This document shows positions 38,163 to 51,020 of a stretch of DNA of 64,000 nt, piece by piece. Below the pieces are notes generated by a model. That model had not been told where the DNA came from, did not search any database, and saw nothing but the letters and a program-made list of their open reading frames with translations. Both the position numbers and the translations under genes were made by a program. Positions within the stretch are counted from its first letter, which is position 1, and each line of letters starts with the position of its first letter. Source of the stretch: Mytilus edulis (lineage: Eukaryota); assembly GCF_963676685.1 (NCBI RefSeq), contig NC_092349.1:59706001-59770000 (forward strand), in the 5' to 3' direction.

Positions 38163-39577
38163 TTTCACAGACGGAAAACAGAAAATATTTTAGTTTGTGA
38201 CCTTGCCCATGGATTTGTCAAAGTTTTCTTCTTCATTCGTAAAAAAGACAATTTTACAGTTTATGACCTTGTATTAAGAAAAGTTCTTCCTATATTTATG
38301 TATGTAAACGGATACATAAATTCATGGTGTAAAATCGTATCGTGGAGACTTTTTTCTAGTGACAAAAATCTCCTATGTCACACTTCTCAGCTTTGAGTTA
38401 TTTAAATATATTGGTTTCTTTATTTTCTTGACAGTTTCTATCAAAATGTTCGTCTCTATTTGTGTTGGGGTTTGTTTTTGTTGCACATCAGTGTCCGGGT
38501 TATTCAGTTGTTTTCCTCATAGTTTTTGTGCCGACTCGTTTTGGTTTGTAACCCAGATGTGTATTCTCTCAATCGACTTGTGACCTTTGAACAGCGGTAT
38601 ACTGCTGTGCATTTATTTACCGTGCAAACCTTGAAGAGCATTTACAAATCATTTATAGATGATGATTGTTGTCATTATTCTCTACGTTAAAATACTAGAT
38701 TTTGATTGGTTTATATGAGGGAGACAATTAGCCGTATCCTTTGCTCAGCCAGTGAAATCTCTAAATTCTTAAAAACGTCATCCCTCATGCAGACAAATCT
38801 CAAAACGATAATTTTAAAGACAAGTATTATATTTCGACCGCATACTTTCATATAGACTGTCAACATAAAAAGCAACATATTTTTTTCACTTTTGTTTAAT
38901 TCTCATGATAATAATATAACAAAATTACCAAACTCCAAAGAAATTCAAAACGGAAACGCCTTTTTCAAATAGCAAATTAAAAGCTTTAACACATCACACG
39001 GTTGGAAAAGAACTATCATATTCCTTATTCGGTACATGTATTTCCTTCAGTAGAATACGATGGATTAAACCTTCAAGTTGTTGTATGAATAGGTAAACCT
39101 GTCACGTGGAGGACAGTAGCACAGAACTCCATTACATTGATATCAATGTGTAAGCAAAAAACAAACAAACTATCATAGGTAAAGATTTAAAAACAAATTG
39201 GGTACAGCAGTCAACCTTGTGTTATAATCATAACCATTATATATAAAAACAAATAACCATTTTAATAAAGAACAACAAAATGGTATAGACGAAACAAAGT
39301 ATTCTACGGGCATCAATCTCCTGTATCTCACTCTCGGCTATTATTTTTTTATACTGTTGGTTTTATTTGAGTTTACATGTTGTATATGTATATGTGTATT
39401 GATTATTTACATCAAAGATACGGTTTGTGGGTAAACGTAAATACATGTACTACAAAAATAACGCTTCCGACCAATGGTTACACTTATTCCGCTATGTATT
39501 ATACACTGCATCATTAAAATAGTCAATTATATACCAATGTAGACACTATTCGTACATTGTAGTAAACTAAAGTAACT

Positions 39578-39784
39578 TAGTATCCTGTTTCGTAGCGAGC
39601 ACAATATTTGAATTATAGATTTGTACTTCTTAATAGTCGAATTTATTTTTTAACGAAATCAACTCGACTCAAAACGTAGACTGCAATTAGAACTCACATT
39701 GAACTACACGTTAATTGTTAATTACTTTTTACTATAATAGTAATTCGATTATTATCATTCGCTCGCAGCAGAAACAGGATGTTA
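39578..39784. mobile_element. Small MITE-like element with imperfect terminal inverted repeats
   Basis: tagtatcctgtttcgtagcgagc ... gctcgcagcagaaacaggatgtta. Confidence 0.55.
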
Positions 39785-40449
39785 TCAGTACACTTGTATT
39801 TGTAAGGTAGTAAGGTCGATTGCATGGTGATTTCTGAATAAATTATTGTGTAAATAAAATGAATTATATACACTTTTAGTACGTGCAGTCAAGTACATGT
39901 ATTTATGAGATTTTGCACGAAATATCGAAATTCAGTGATATTTCTTGGTGGTTTTTTTTTCTTTCAAAAACTGACTTCTATTTATATTACAAGTTATAGA
40001 ATGTATATTGGAGGGAAGATAGAAGACAAAAATACTGTTGAACTAATACTTCGTATCTGTAAACCTATAAATGTGTTTTTAATTTCGGGCCGGAATTATT
40101 TACTGTGACATATAATAAAAGAGGTGGTTTTTCTTTTAATAGGTATAGATTACATGTGTATGAATTCTAAATAAGATATATGATGTAAACAATGTTATGC
40201 ATATATACACATTTACATACATACCTACGTGTATTATATCATAGCAAATAGTGTTAATTTTGTACTAAAAAACTATAAGGAAAGAGTCTTCCTGTTACTG
40301 TTTACTAGGTATGTTTTCTTTACCGGTTGTACTTTAACCACGCACCACGCATTAGACAACACACAAAAATATTACATATTGACAGTAAATAAACAACAGA
40401 AGTAGCATACATATTTTGCTGAAGAGTTACTTATACAATTTTTCTTCAA

Positions 40450-43400
40450 ATGAAACTTCATATATTCATAGTAAATGTTTTTATGTTAATAGGAATGTTA
40501 CAAGCAGCTCCTATCCGACCATTTGCGGACGAAACATTATTTACAGAAGCTATCCAGGCTAAGAACGCGGATGTAAGTATTTGTTCAGTCATTCCTATTC
40601 CATTTGATCTTGTTACAAATATATGTTTACATCATAATAACCCATTCGGCAATCCTCGGTAGAATCCGCTACTCTTCTTAGGGTACGGAATCGGTCGAGT
40701 TGAGACGAATGCATAATAACCATAATATTTATAAATCGGTACGTAATATTACAGTATAAGTAATCACTATAAGGTGTCAGACCACCGATTCAAAATCCTC
40801 ATCTTTTCAACTAATTTGAATTGTACATTGTACATGTTCATTGCATCACTTACGTGCCACTGTTTAAGCTCTTGTAATGAAACATCACCGTTCAGAATAC
40901 AATTATTAAGAATAAATCGTGTTTTCTTTTGGAAATCTTATGTTAGAATCCATTCTCAATTTCATTCAAAGTTATAGACAAGGCTCAAAATGGTCAAAAT
41001 ATAGTATTCTTTTACCGAAAATTTCAATTGTGTAAATTTGTTGGTAAAGTTTAGGAAATAATTACATAAAAAAAGTACGATTTTTGTCAAGGAAGACTAG
41101 TTTCCAATTAAAGTGGGTGAATTGGTGGTCTGACGTCTTTAAAGGTGGGTATAAAAGTTATTTGTTATGTAATTTCAAATATGTGTTGAGTATCTTCAAT
41201 ACATAAAAATCATAAATTGGAAGATATCATATGCTAAACACTGTATTGTCTTTATAGACAAATTATTAGTAAATGTCATATAACAGGACAGAAATGTTCA
41301 GCGTCGTCAAACTCCTCCTTGCTCGAAGCCTAGTAGAGCTTATCATGGTAACTCAGGGTACATATCTTAATCATTTATTTGCTTTGTTTTCTTTTATAGG
41401 AATTTTTCATGCGGTTTGGTTATATGAAAAACATAACTACAAGAACAAGACATGTGAACAAAGCTGTCAAAAGAAAAGAAGCAATACGGTTAACTTATAA
41501 ATTGTTAAATTAGCGTCTAAGTATTTAAATTAAACATTTATTTTAGATTTATTTACAAACTTTGACGTCATGAATTGGGATTGATAGTTGCATTCTCTAA
41601 ATCTTACTTCCGATTTAAAAATATGGAGAAATGTCGGATATATAATGGAACTACCAACTAAAGGATATAACAGTGACTATTTACAGATCTAGAATTCACA
41701 AACTGGCAAAATTTAACATTATCATTCAACGATGATTAAGACGGATATATATTTGATTTGTCTTTGGTAATAAAAATACTCTAATGCAAAAAAAAACCAC
41801 GATCACTGATAACAAATACATCATAGTTTACGTAGATCAGATAAATCGTTAATAAGAAAAAGGATATGCCGCAATATAGACAAAGCACTGTTTTTGTTTT
41901 CAATTATTTTTCCTTCTTAATTTTCTGAATAGCAAATTTCAACAATTTAATGGAATGAATATCACGGGAGAGCTAGACGAAGAAACAATAGAGAAAATAA
42001 AACAACCTCGTTGTGGAGTTGCAGACTTCAACGAGTCTTCTCGAGACAGACCATTGCAGTTCAATGCGCCAGGTGAGGAATAATATATGCGCTGGTTCAT
42101 AAATAATACTCGTCTCTTAAGACCGTTATGGAATAACCGTTTCACAAATGATATCGGATGTGTTCCTTACGTCGTAACTACAATCCCCTTCCCTTTCGTG
42201 AATGTGACCTACCGAATAAGACTATTTACCGGATTTGTTATCACATAAGCAACACGACGGGTGCCACATGTGGAGCAGGATCTGCTTACCCTTCCGGAGC
42301 ACCTGAGATCACCCCTAGTTTTTTGGTGGGGTTCGTGTTGTTTATTCTTTAGTTTTCTATGTTGTGTCGTGTGTGCTGTTGTTTGTTTGTCCTTTTCATT
42401 TTTAGCCATGGCGTTGTCAGTTTGTTTTAGATTTATGAGTTTGACTGTCCCTTTGGTATCTTTCGTCCCTCTTTTTTAACGTTCCCGATTCAAAACTTGT
42501 GAAAGTGCTATTTTCTTTATTTCTGTGGGAGAGTGGACCCGAGTTCTCTTGTGGAGTTCTTTAAATAGAAAAATACTAAATCTTAAAGCATACATATAGA
42601 TGCCATTTGCGGAATTCAATTGTTCATAGAAACAGTCATATTATTACACCAAATATTGGTATACTAAAACGGTTTGCTATTTTATATGATATCGTATGTT
42701 GGTATATTTCCTATTATGTAAACATGTGGTAATTTTCGAATGACTGTTTAACGGACAGTTCTGGTTGGTGGTTGTGTTCAGTCCGCGTCAAAGCAATGTC
42801 CTTTCTACGAAAATAGAGTCAACGACCATGTAATTTTCAAAATATATCATTAAACTGTTTTTCCGTGTGGGTATATCATTCTGTTCTGCCCTTCTGTATT
42901 TATATGTTTGTGACAAAAGATTTGACATATGAAATTGTGAACTTTGACATGGATATTTTTTTTATTTTATTTTTGTATACAAACATTGCAAGATATTATA
43001 TCTGCCTATCACAGTATGAATAGTTGTTGGTGTTTTCGCTGCGCTCACACAAGGGAAACACTTTGCAATGGAATTTGACGCTGGTAATACGTAAAAAAAA
43101 CTCAGATAATCTAAAAATATGTTCATTGTCAGAAGACATTAGTAATCTCAACAAAACAAAAATTCATATGATATAAAGTATGAAATGCTAAGTAAATATT
43201 TTTTAAGTCATTTTTTAAAATAATTTTTAGGTTATAAGTGGAGTAGGAAAACTATAACATGGAAGGTTACAGGATATACAAATCAAATTCCTAATGCAAC
43301 ACAAAGGTAATCGGAATATTGTTTATATATTTATTTTAACCTACTGCAAGGACACTGTCAGATTATCATCCTAAATAAAACGACTATGTCCTCGGGAATA

Positions 43401-46400
43401 ATCGTCAAGTTGTATGCAGTGTTGTCGGATTGAGCGTTCATGATGATATAAATCCAGAAAATCTCTTCAAACAGACGCAATTTACAGAGTGTTATTATTA
43501 TTCAACAATACATAGGAACTATTATGTAAAAAAATTTATCAAGCTCTAAAACGACAATAGTCTATAAATATTGAGAACGAATTAGAAATAAACCATCAAA
43601 TATTTGCCTTCCATTAAATAATGAAAACAATTTGCATGAGCTCCCCATGGCCAGCTATGCTGCGTTTTAAATATCGGTAATTAAATTCACATTTTTAAGT
43701 TTTGTAACAAACAGTCGTTCAACCCCTCATCAATACGTCAACACAAATATCCTATCAAAATTTTTAAAAACCGCCGCTTCCAATACGGAACAACTACAAT
43801 TAGAATTAAAACCCAATTCTTCAGAAAACAATTAAAGGTCTTTCCATCTCGATAATAAGACTGAAATTTAGAAAAACGATGTTTAAGAAAATGTCACTCC
43901 GTGTTGATGTAATGTGGTAAATCAAACTGATTATAAAAAAAATAAGATTAATAGGTTTATGCAGAATACTTAATTGTTTTATAATGAACCAGACAGAATT
44001 TTTAGCAAAGGTCAAAATCTAGAACGTCAAATTGACCTTTGACCTTGACCTTATTTTTGAGGTCTTAGGTCAGTGATCTGAAATCAAAAGACCCCAGGTC
44101 AATCACTTGTATGGTTTTTGAGAAATACTGATTTCAAATACACAAGGGGAGAAAACTCCTATAAGAGTTAACCAAAACTCTCCGACTTAAATAAGTTGAA
44201 GTTGCGCCTTATTGTAAACAGTTATCTGGCAAACACATCATATCATTTTCTGTAACAGTTTTTTTGAATAACGATAACAAGCAAAATTCAAAATTTATTA
44301 CATAACCTTGACCTTTGACCGTGACCTCAATTTCCTTCACATGGACCAAGGACTTCAGGGCAAAAGACTGTAGGCCTCTACGACTTATAACGATGGAATT
44401 TATCCAACATATCGCTTATCTTAAATTTTCAACGGGAAATAACTCTCATAAGATGTTTTCCGATCACTCCAGTCAAAATTAACCAAATCATTCCTTAGAG
44501 TAGACAACAATTTTGTGAAAACAGTTTGTTAAAATCTTTTACGGTTTTAGAGATATAGCGATAACAAGAAAGAGGGGACGCGGGGAGATAACTCCTATAA
44601 GAATAAGTGTTCGGTCACACAGGGTGAGTTTTGAAACCCCCATTACTGTACAACATCATTGGCCAAAAATCCATTCGATATGTTGTAAGACAGAAAAGCA
44701 TCTCAGACGGCAGAAGACAAAATAAATAAAAAATAAAAAATAATCAGAAGAAAAACAAAAGGTCTTTCTACGAAAAGTGGAAAGACCTAATTAATTTGTA
44801 TTGTATTATAATGTATATGAAATCAGTTATATTTATATAGATCAGCTTTCAAAAGTGCATTAAAGAAATGGTCCGATGTGACGCCATTGATATTTGAAAA
44901 CACAGAAGGCTATCCAGATATTGAAATTCTATTTGCCAGGGGTAACCATGGTGACGGATCATATAACGCCTTTGATGGTCCAGGTATTTAATGCAGTTTG
45001 AATAAATAACGCATAAAAAATTGAGAAAAGTGCCAGTGATTGCGATGAATATCACTGTTATTTTCATAAGGTATGACATTAGAAGTTTCTAAACTGATAT
45101 ACTTTGATACATATTATTGTAAGATCGTTTGAATAGGAAAAGACCACATAAATCAAGTAGAATTAAGTAGAATAAGAAGATTTTTTTTTTAAAGCAAGAC
45201 TTGGTTTTCAAGGATTATCTTTACCAAACAACACATGTTCAAAATGGGCAGAACAGATCAAAATATCAGAGAATAAAGGATTTAAGTAAGTAACATATGC
45301 AGATTTGGTTTGGAAAACGAGCTGAATATTCCAGCGAAGATATATTTATTCGAAAAGCACCTATATGGTCTTCACTTATATAATCCGGTCAGTTTATACA
45401 TTTAACCAAACGAGTCATGACCAAACGCGTCTGGTCCAAATACACATATGATTAGGAACAGATACATATATTAATTGTGTCCTAAGAAGAGAAGGTATAA
45501 CTTACTCCATGTTGATAATCAAATGAGTAGCTATTAAAATAACATACTTCTCCTCTAGAAATTGTATTTTTCACTGTTTAAACCAATTCTAAAGAATGGA
45601 CATATAAATATTAAATGTCTTATTCCTATTAAATGTTCAACTTTTTCAAAATAATAAGGCTTTTCTACTTTAGCTATAATTTACATAACCTTTCGTAATT
45701 TAGGTCCACAATGCTAATCAACTTTGTAACTACTAGTATTGATTCGGGATTCACTATTGAGCTTTTTGTAGATCAAATACGTTTATGGCGTACACAATTT
45801 AATCTCGTATCTATAATCAATTTCTTACAATGCCCGTACAACTGGCAATACTAAAGAAAAAGTAGAAATGAGACCATTATAATTTACTCCAGTTTTTTCG
45901 ATAAGTGATTCTTCTCTTTTCTCTCAATTGTTTGTATAACAGGAAGAGTTTTAGCTCATGCGTTTTATCCAACCGATGGCGACACCCATTTTGATGACGA
46001 TGAAACCTGGATTTTTAGATCGGGAACTGGAACAGACCTTGAAGTTGTAGCTGCACATGAATTTGGACATGCCTTAGGACTTGGTCATTCGCAAAATACC
46101 GAGTCTTTAATGGCGCCATTTTATAAAAGAATGGACACAGGTTGGAATCTTCACCAGGACGACATCACAGGAATACAATCACTCTATGGTAATACTTTTT
46201 TTTTATACTTTTGCGCGTAATAATGATCATTTGCAACCCCAATTAATTTTAGCTTGTATACATACACGGGTCAACAGAAGTCAAACTTAAGCATTGGTTT
46301 TACACTCGGTTGTTGACCATATTTTTTCAACTCTAATTAACTATATGCATGTAGGTCTACCACGTGATTTATTATTTTTTTATATTCATTTTATATTTTT

Positions 46401-49220
46401 CTCACTGTTCATTAAGCAATAACAATCAATAACTGAATAATCCAATAGTTTAAATTGATACTTGTTCTTGTTACTGTTGCTTACCAACGATATCAGGCAA
46501 TACCCTGTTATTGGACCTAGGGTAATTTTAGCCGCATAAAAATTTACATGATTTAAATCTCTTTTGTTTTCAACATGATTAATATTAATATTTAAACCAA
46601 TTCCGTGTCGAATCCGACACCAATACCAATCGTATATGTTATTTTAAGTATGACGTTTACAATATAGATGGTGTGTTCTAGTATATAGTAGCTTTCTTTT
46701 CACATGCATAAACTCTTTATTAATTAGCTTTTATGTTTAAAAAACTTTCAACATTTTTAGTGGAAGTTGTACTGTATGAGTAAATTAATAAACTCTTTAT
46801 TTGTAAGGGGTTCCCGAAGATCAGCTATCAGCGCCGTTACCTTCACCATCGAACACTTCATCCGGAATAAACAATAAACTTATCTATAACATTAGGTATA
46901 CTATTACAGCTAGTAAGTACTTATAATCTGTTGTTATGTCAATTATATCAATAACACATTATTATAAGGCAGTGGCTATTCGTCCGGCTAGCCGGACAAA
47001 TAGTCAAAAATGTCTATTCATCCGGCAAGCCAGACAAATAGCATTTTTACGGCTTTTCGCTATTTGTCCAGCCAAAAATGTAACGATGAAGATATAACAT
47101 CGTGTTTTAAAGGTTTTAAATAAAGCACGAGTTGTTTTAAAATATATTGTCTAACATCGTTTCATGAAAAAGAGCTCATTCTAATAAAAGAAAAATAAAC
47201 GATTCAGATTTTTGTTATTCTAATATTCTAAAGGAATTTGGGTAAAAAAGGGGGGGGGGCAAAAATGATTCTTTCTTTTGTTGTTCTGCCTATGAATTTT
47301 CTGTAAAGTAAATAGTCGGGACAATCATTATTGGCTTCATCTATGATTCCAAAAGATCCTGAATTTATTGTTTCAGTGAAATTTGGTAATATGATTATGC
47401 ACAAGTCTTCATTTAAATTGTTAACCTGTCACAAAAAATAGGATTGTGTTTTCGATAAGTAATGGGTTTTTTTTAGAAAAAAATGTATATTAGATACAAC
47501 AGAAAAAAAGGGGCGATACCCCAACCCTCGCCGCGTGTCATATTCCCAGTCCAGGCATATCAGTATGTTCATAGATCTCTGTTGCAGTATAACCTGATAA
47601 TAATGCATCGATCCTAGCAAGTTTGATATAGTATTTTTTCCGAATGCGTTTTGCCTCCATAAGGAAAATGGGGGTAAATCATCAATTTCACTTTGATTTC
47701 AGGCTTATTCCTCACAGATAACATGTATATATACGCTATTGTTCTGGAATCACTGCTATAGAAATTCTCAAAACGTCCATTGCATACGCGCGTGTGTTAT
47801 CCGACACCTCATCCGGGACACTTTCCGCGTCACAGGACACTTTTATTGATATTGAAGACTTGCGCATCCGCAGACGGATGGCCGGACGAATAGAGATGTT
47901 TAACTCCGTTATTATAAAGGTAGATTGAGTAAATGCTGAGATGGTGTCTTAATTTAAAGACTATATAAATAATTGTCTCATCACCGTACATGTTTGTTCA
48001 ACCTCTATTTGCTTTCTTTGTAATTATTATACCCTTAAATCATCAAAGATATCAGGCTGACAAGTTTGTACGACAAACGCGCGTTTCGTCTACAAAAGAT
48101 TCATCAGCGATGCTCGAATTTAAAAATTTAAAGGCCAAGCAGAGTATGAAGATTAAAGGCATTCCGAACTAAAAAAGACCGAAGTCTTGCCAAATTAATT
48201 TTAACTTACGTTAAAAAACTAACCCATAAAATCAAAAATAAATAACTATCAGCGCCCAGTTTCAGTGGTATCTTCATATATACATTTGTACGACCCTAGA
48301 AGCCTGGAATTATGAACTCAGTGTCGGGAATAGGGAATATGTCTTTCTGATGACGGCCACAATGTGAACCGTCACGTTAAAAATATCTGGCTTTCCGTGT
48401 CGGTTTCGTTTTAAGTTACGGGTCCTCTTTAATGCACATGTTCTAGTTCTGATATTCATAAGATATTGGCCACCAATGCATAATTATCAAGGTCTTAAAC
48501 ATCCACACATATCATAACTGTTACTGCATGTTTTATACATCTGAATTTTATTTGAAATATATGATTAAAAGCTCTTGCTAATAATGTAAAGTTACATACT
48601 AATGAAAAATCATACAATGGGCAAAACAACGTCTTTTGATTACTAGTTATTTATCAGAGGAAAACCTTTTGTGAAAGCAGATATATTATTGGTTTTTTTA
48701 TGTGTTGTGTTGTTGTTGTGGTAGTAATTTGTTGTTATAATTGAGATGAAACGGAATCAGAACTTATCAGGTTGCATTAGACCTTTTTAAGAATCAGTGC
48801 AGTTAACAACCTACTTTTATTAATCGACCCGTATCGATTTATTATCTCTTTAATCCTGATTGATTATACCATATACCATTACGTTTTTACAAACTGTCAT
48901 TTTCACAATGTAAAAGAGGGGGAAAGATGCCAAAGGAATATGTAAACTCATAAGTTGGATAATAAACTGACTGGCAACGCTATGGCAAAAAAATAAAAAG
49001 ACCAAACGACAAACAACCTTAAACACAACACAACATAGAAAACTAGACTAAGCCAAAATACTCTTGTATTCCAAAAAGATAACCAGATACTGCTCCACAT
49101 GTGGCACAGTCAAATTCTTAATAACTTTATTATAATAAATCGTTAATTATATTATTGTTTCAACTCTTTGTTTCAGCTATAGTTTACAGATATATTCTTG
49201 AAATGCTGATTATGTTATGA
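40450..49220 (+). CDS. Matrix metalloproteinase (M10A): signal peptide, propeptide and catalytic domain, no hemopexin domain, hydrophobic C-terminus; 321 aa
   Basis: Exons 40450-40572, 41400-41488, 41933-42072, 43231-43306, 44841-44983, 45943-46188, 46808-46912, 49177-49220; total 966 nt. Cysteine switch PRCGVAD; HGDGSYNAFDGPG; LAHAFYP; HFDDDETW; HEFGHALGLGHS; Met-turn LMAP; DDITGIQSLYG. The last two exons are less certain. Confidence 0.92.
42121..42478 (+). mobile_element. Young Naiad 3'-end fragment in MMP intron 3
   Basis: Near-identical to the reverse complement of 56287-56644. Confidence 0.92.
43825..44791 (-). mobile_element. Helentron-associated non-autonomous element (HINE-like) in MMP intron 4
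   Basis: Terminal hairpin aggtctttc-tacgaaaagtg-gaaagacct (44760-44788), adjacent (aaataa)n microsatellite, internal tgaccttgacc repeats, matching aggtctttcc near 43836. Confidence 0.7.
46970..47908. mobile_element. DNA-transposon-like element with inverted subterminal motifs
   Basis: ctattcgtccggc (46976) vs gccggacgaatag (47881); ttattataa occurs on both flanks. Confidence 0.5.
48040..48200 (-). repeat. Retrozyme-family fragment with a mutated hammerhead
   Basis: Minus: gcatcg-CTGATGA-atct tttgt agac-GAAA-cgcgcg-TT-tgtcg; cleavage triplet and stem I are altered. Confidence 0.6.
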
Positions 49221-49980
49221 CTTTATTTTCAATGGATAAAATGTGATGAACGAAGACTGTGCAATGTTTTATTAGGTAAATTCTTACAAAATAGTTTTGA
49301 GACTACGCATGTAACACGTGGACGTATTTATTTCTGTATGAAATAACATGCATTGGCGTATTAGGCGCTATCATGTAAATGTTGAGTTGAAACATTTGCT
49401 CTTACTTTTATGGTCTTATTCTGTAAAGACATAGGATTTTGTCAACTAAAAGAGTACGAAATGTTACAGTGCTTCGTATATGAACTATGTGTCATCGAAT
49501 TATATTTAGTGTAGAACGGCGTGTTTCTTATCAGCATGTCAAACCTTTCAGCTTACTTTTAGTAATAACGAACATTTAAACGATATTGTGTATTATTGTT
49601 TTATTTGTATTTGTTTTTTTCTATCAAATATTATTGTATCGTTATAACAGAATTTAATGTTTTAGACGATCATTGTTACTGTATGTTTGTGGGCTAATGT
49701 CCTTCCTTTATTTAAGATTAAAAAAAATTAAAAATTTAACTGTTCAGAATAAGAAAATAGACTAGTTTTATTTACAAATTGTGTGATCTCGTATCGAATT
49801 ATTGGCCTGGACCCTTTGATACTATAGACACCTATAAATCTTGGAAGACCGTAGTTCACTTCTAGATGTCATAAAGATTTCTGTGTCGATGCTTTGACGT
49901 GTCGTTGACGTCCATCCACATCTACTTTAATTTGTATTACTTGAAGTATGGTTGCTTTTCTTGTTAGATATTCGGAATCT

Positions 49981-50427
49981 TTTATAATACACCAGCTTAA
50001 AAGAAAAGTTGGGGTATACTGTTTTACCTCTGTCTATCCATCCATCCGTCAGTCAGTCCGTCCGTCCCATGATTATTTTCGTCGCATTTTTCTCAGGAAA
50101 CACTTAACAAGGATTTCTGAAATTTGGTTTCAGGGTTTATATAAGCCAGTTATACCGTGTGATATGGGTATTTAGATTCATCACTCAACAACTTTCTGTT
50201 GACCGAACACTTGTATCATTTTACACATGATAGCCAAATTGAAAACTTTCCTCACATTTTCTCAGGAACTTCTATACACGGATTTCTGAAATTTGTTTTC
50301 ATGGTTAATATAAGTCAGCTATACCGTGTGATGGTTTTTTTAGATCCATCACTCAACAACTTCCTGTTTACCGAAATATTTTGACGGGGGTATCATCAGT
50401 GAGCAGTAGCTCGCAGTTTTACTTGTT
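49981..50427 (+). mobile_element. HINE/DINE-1-like Helentron non-autonomous element
   Basis: 5' T-run and atacacc...ggggtat hairpin; (gtcc/atcc)n microsatellite at 50030-50068; two ~160-bp internal repeats; 3' gggggtat, then palindrome gtgagc-agta-gctcgc and a T-rich end. Confidence 0.8.
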
Positions 50428-51020
50428 ATCCATGTAGAGAAATGTGCCCCTTTACCCGTTATTGCTTTTTCACATTTCTTTACATCTATTTATTTTGTCA
50501 TATATTTTGAATGAAAGAAAAGTGGCAATCTGAAATGTAGGGAAAAATCAAGAGAGATCATTTCCAGCCAAATTTGGAAATGGTGATATCTCGAAACCAA
50601 GGACACGAAACTGTCACTTTTTTTTCTTATTTTGAAGTTCTGTTTTTATATACTACCAATTAATAACAGGCAATAAGCTGATTTCAGCAAATTTTTTTTT
50701 TTTTTCGTTTTTTGTTTTTACTATAAATAAGGCCATTGTTGTTCTCTAACGTCTTTTTTTTTACATTGTACATTGCAATGCCGCACTTATTTGGTGGGTT
50801 TTGCTCATTCTTGAAGACCAAACGAGGACATGTGGTTAAACAGTTCTTTTTCGTTTGATGTTTGATGGATAGTTATATTCAATAGATAAACTATTCAAAA
50901 AAATATTATACATCTACTACAGTATATCAAGTATTTTAATGCTAGTTGCTTGTAATTGTTTTTTTTTTTTTTTCATCTGGGCTTACAGTGATTTATGACG
51001 TATTTTCTTTTATGCATTCT

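Noticed and set aside
42158-42479. ORFs such as MPHVEQDLLTLPEHLRSP (also 56247-56495, 8130-8411, 27102-27308)
   Set aside because: Translations of the Naiad 3' UTR repeat, not genes.
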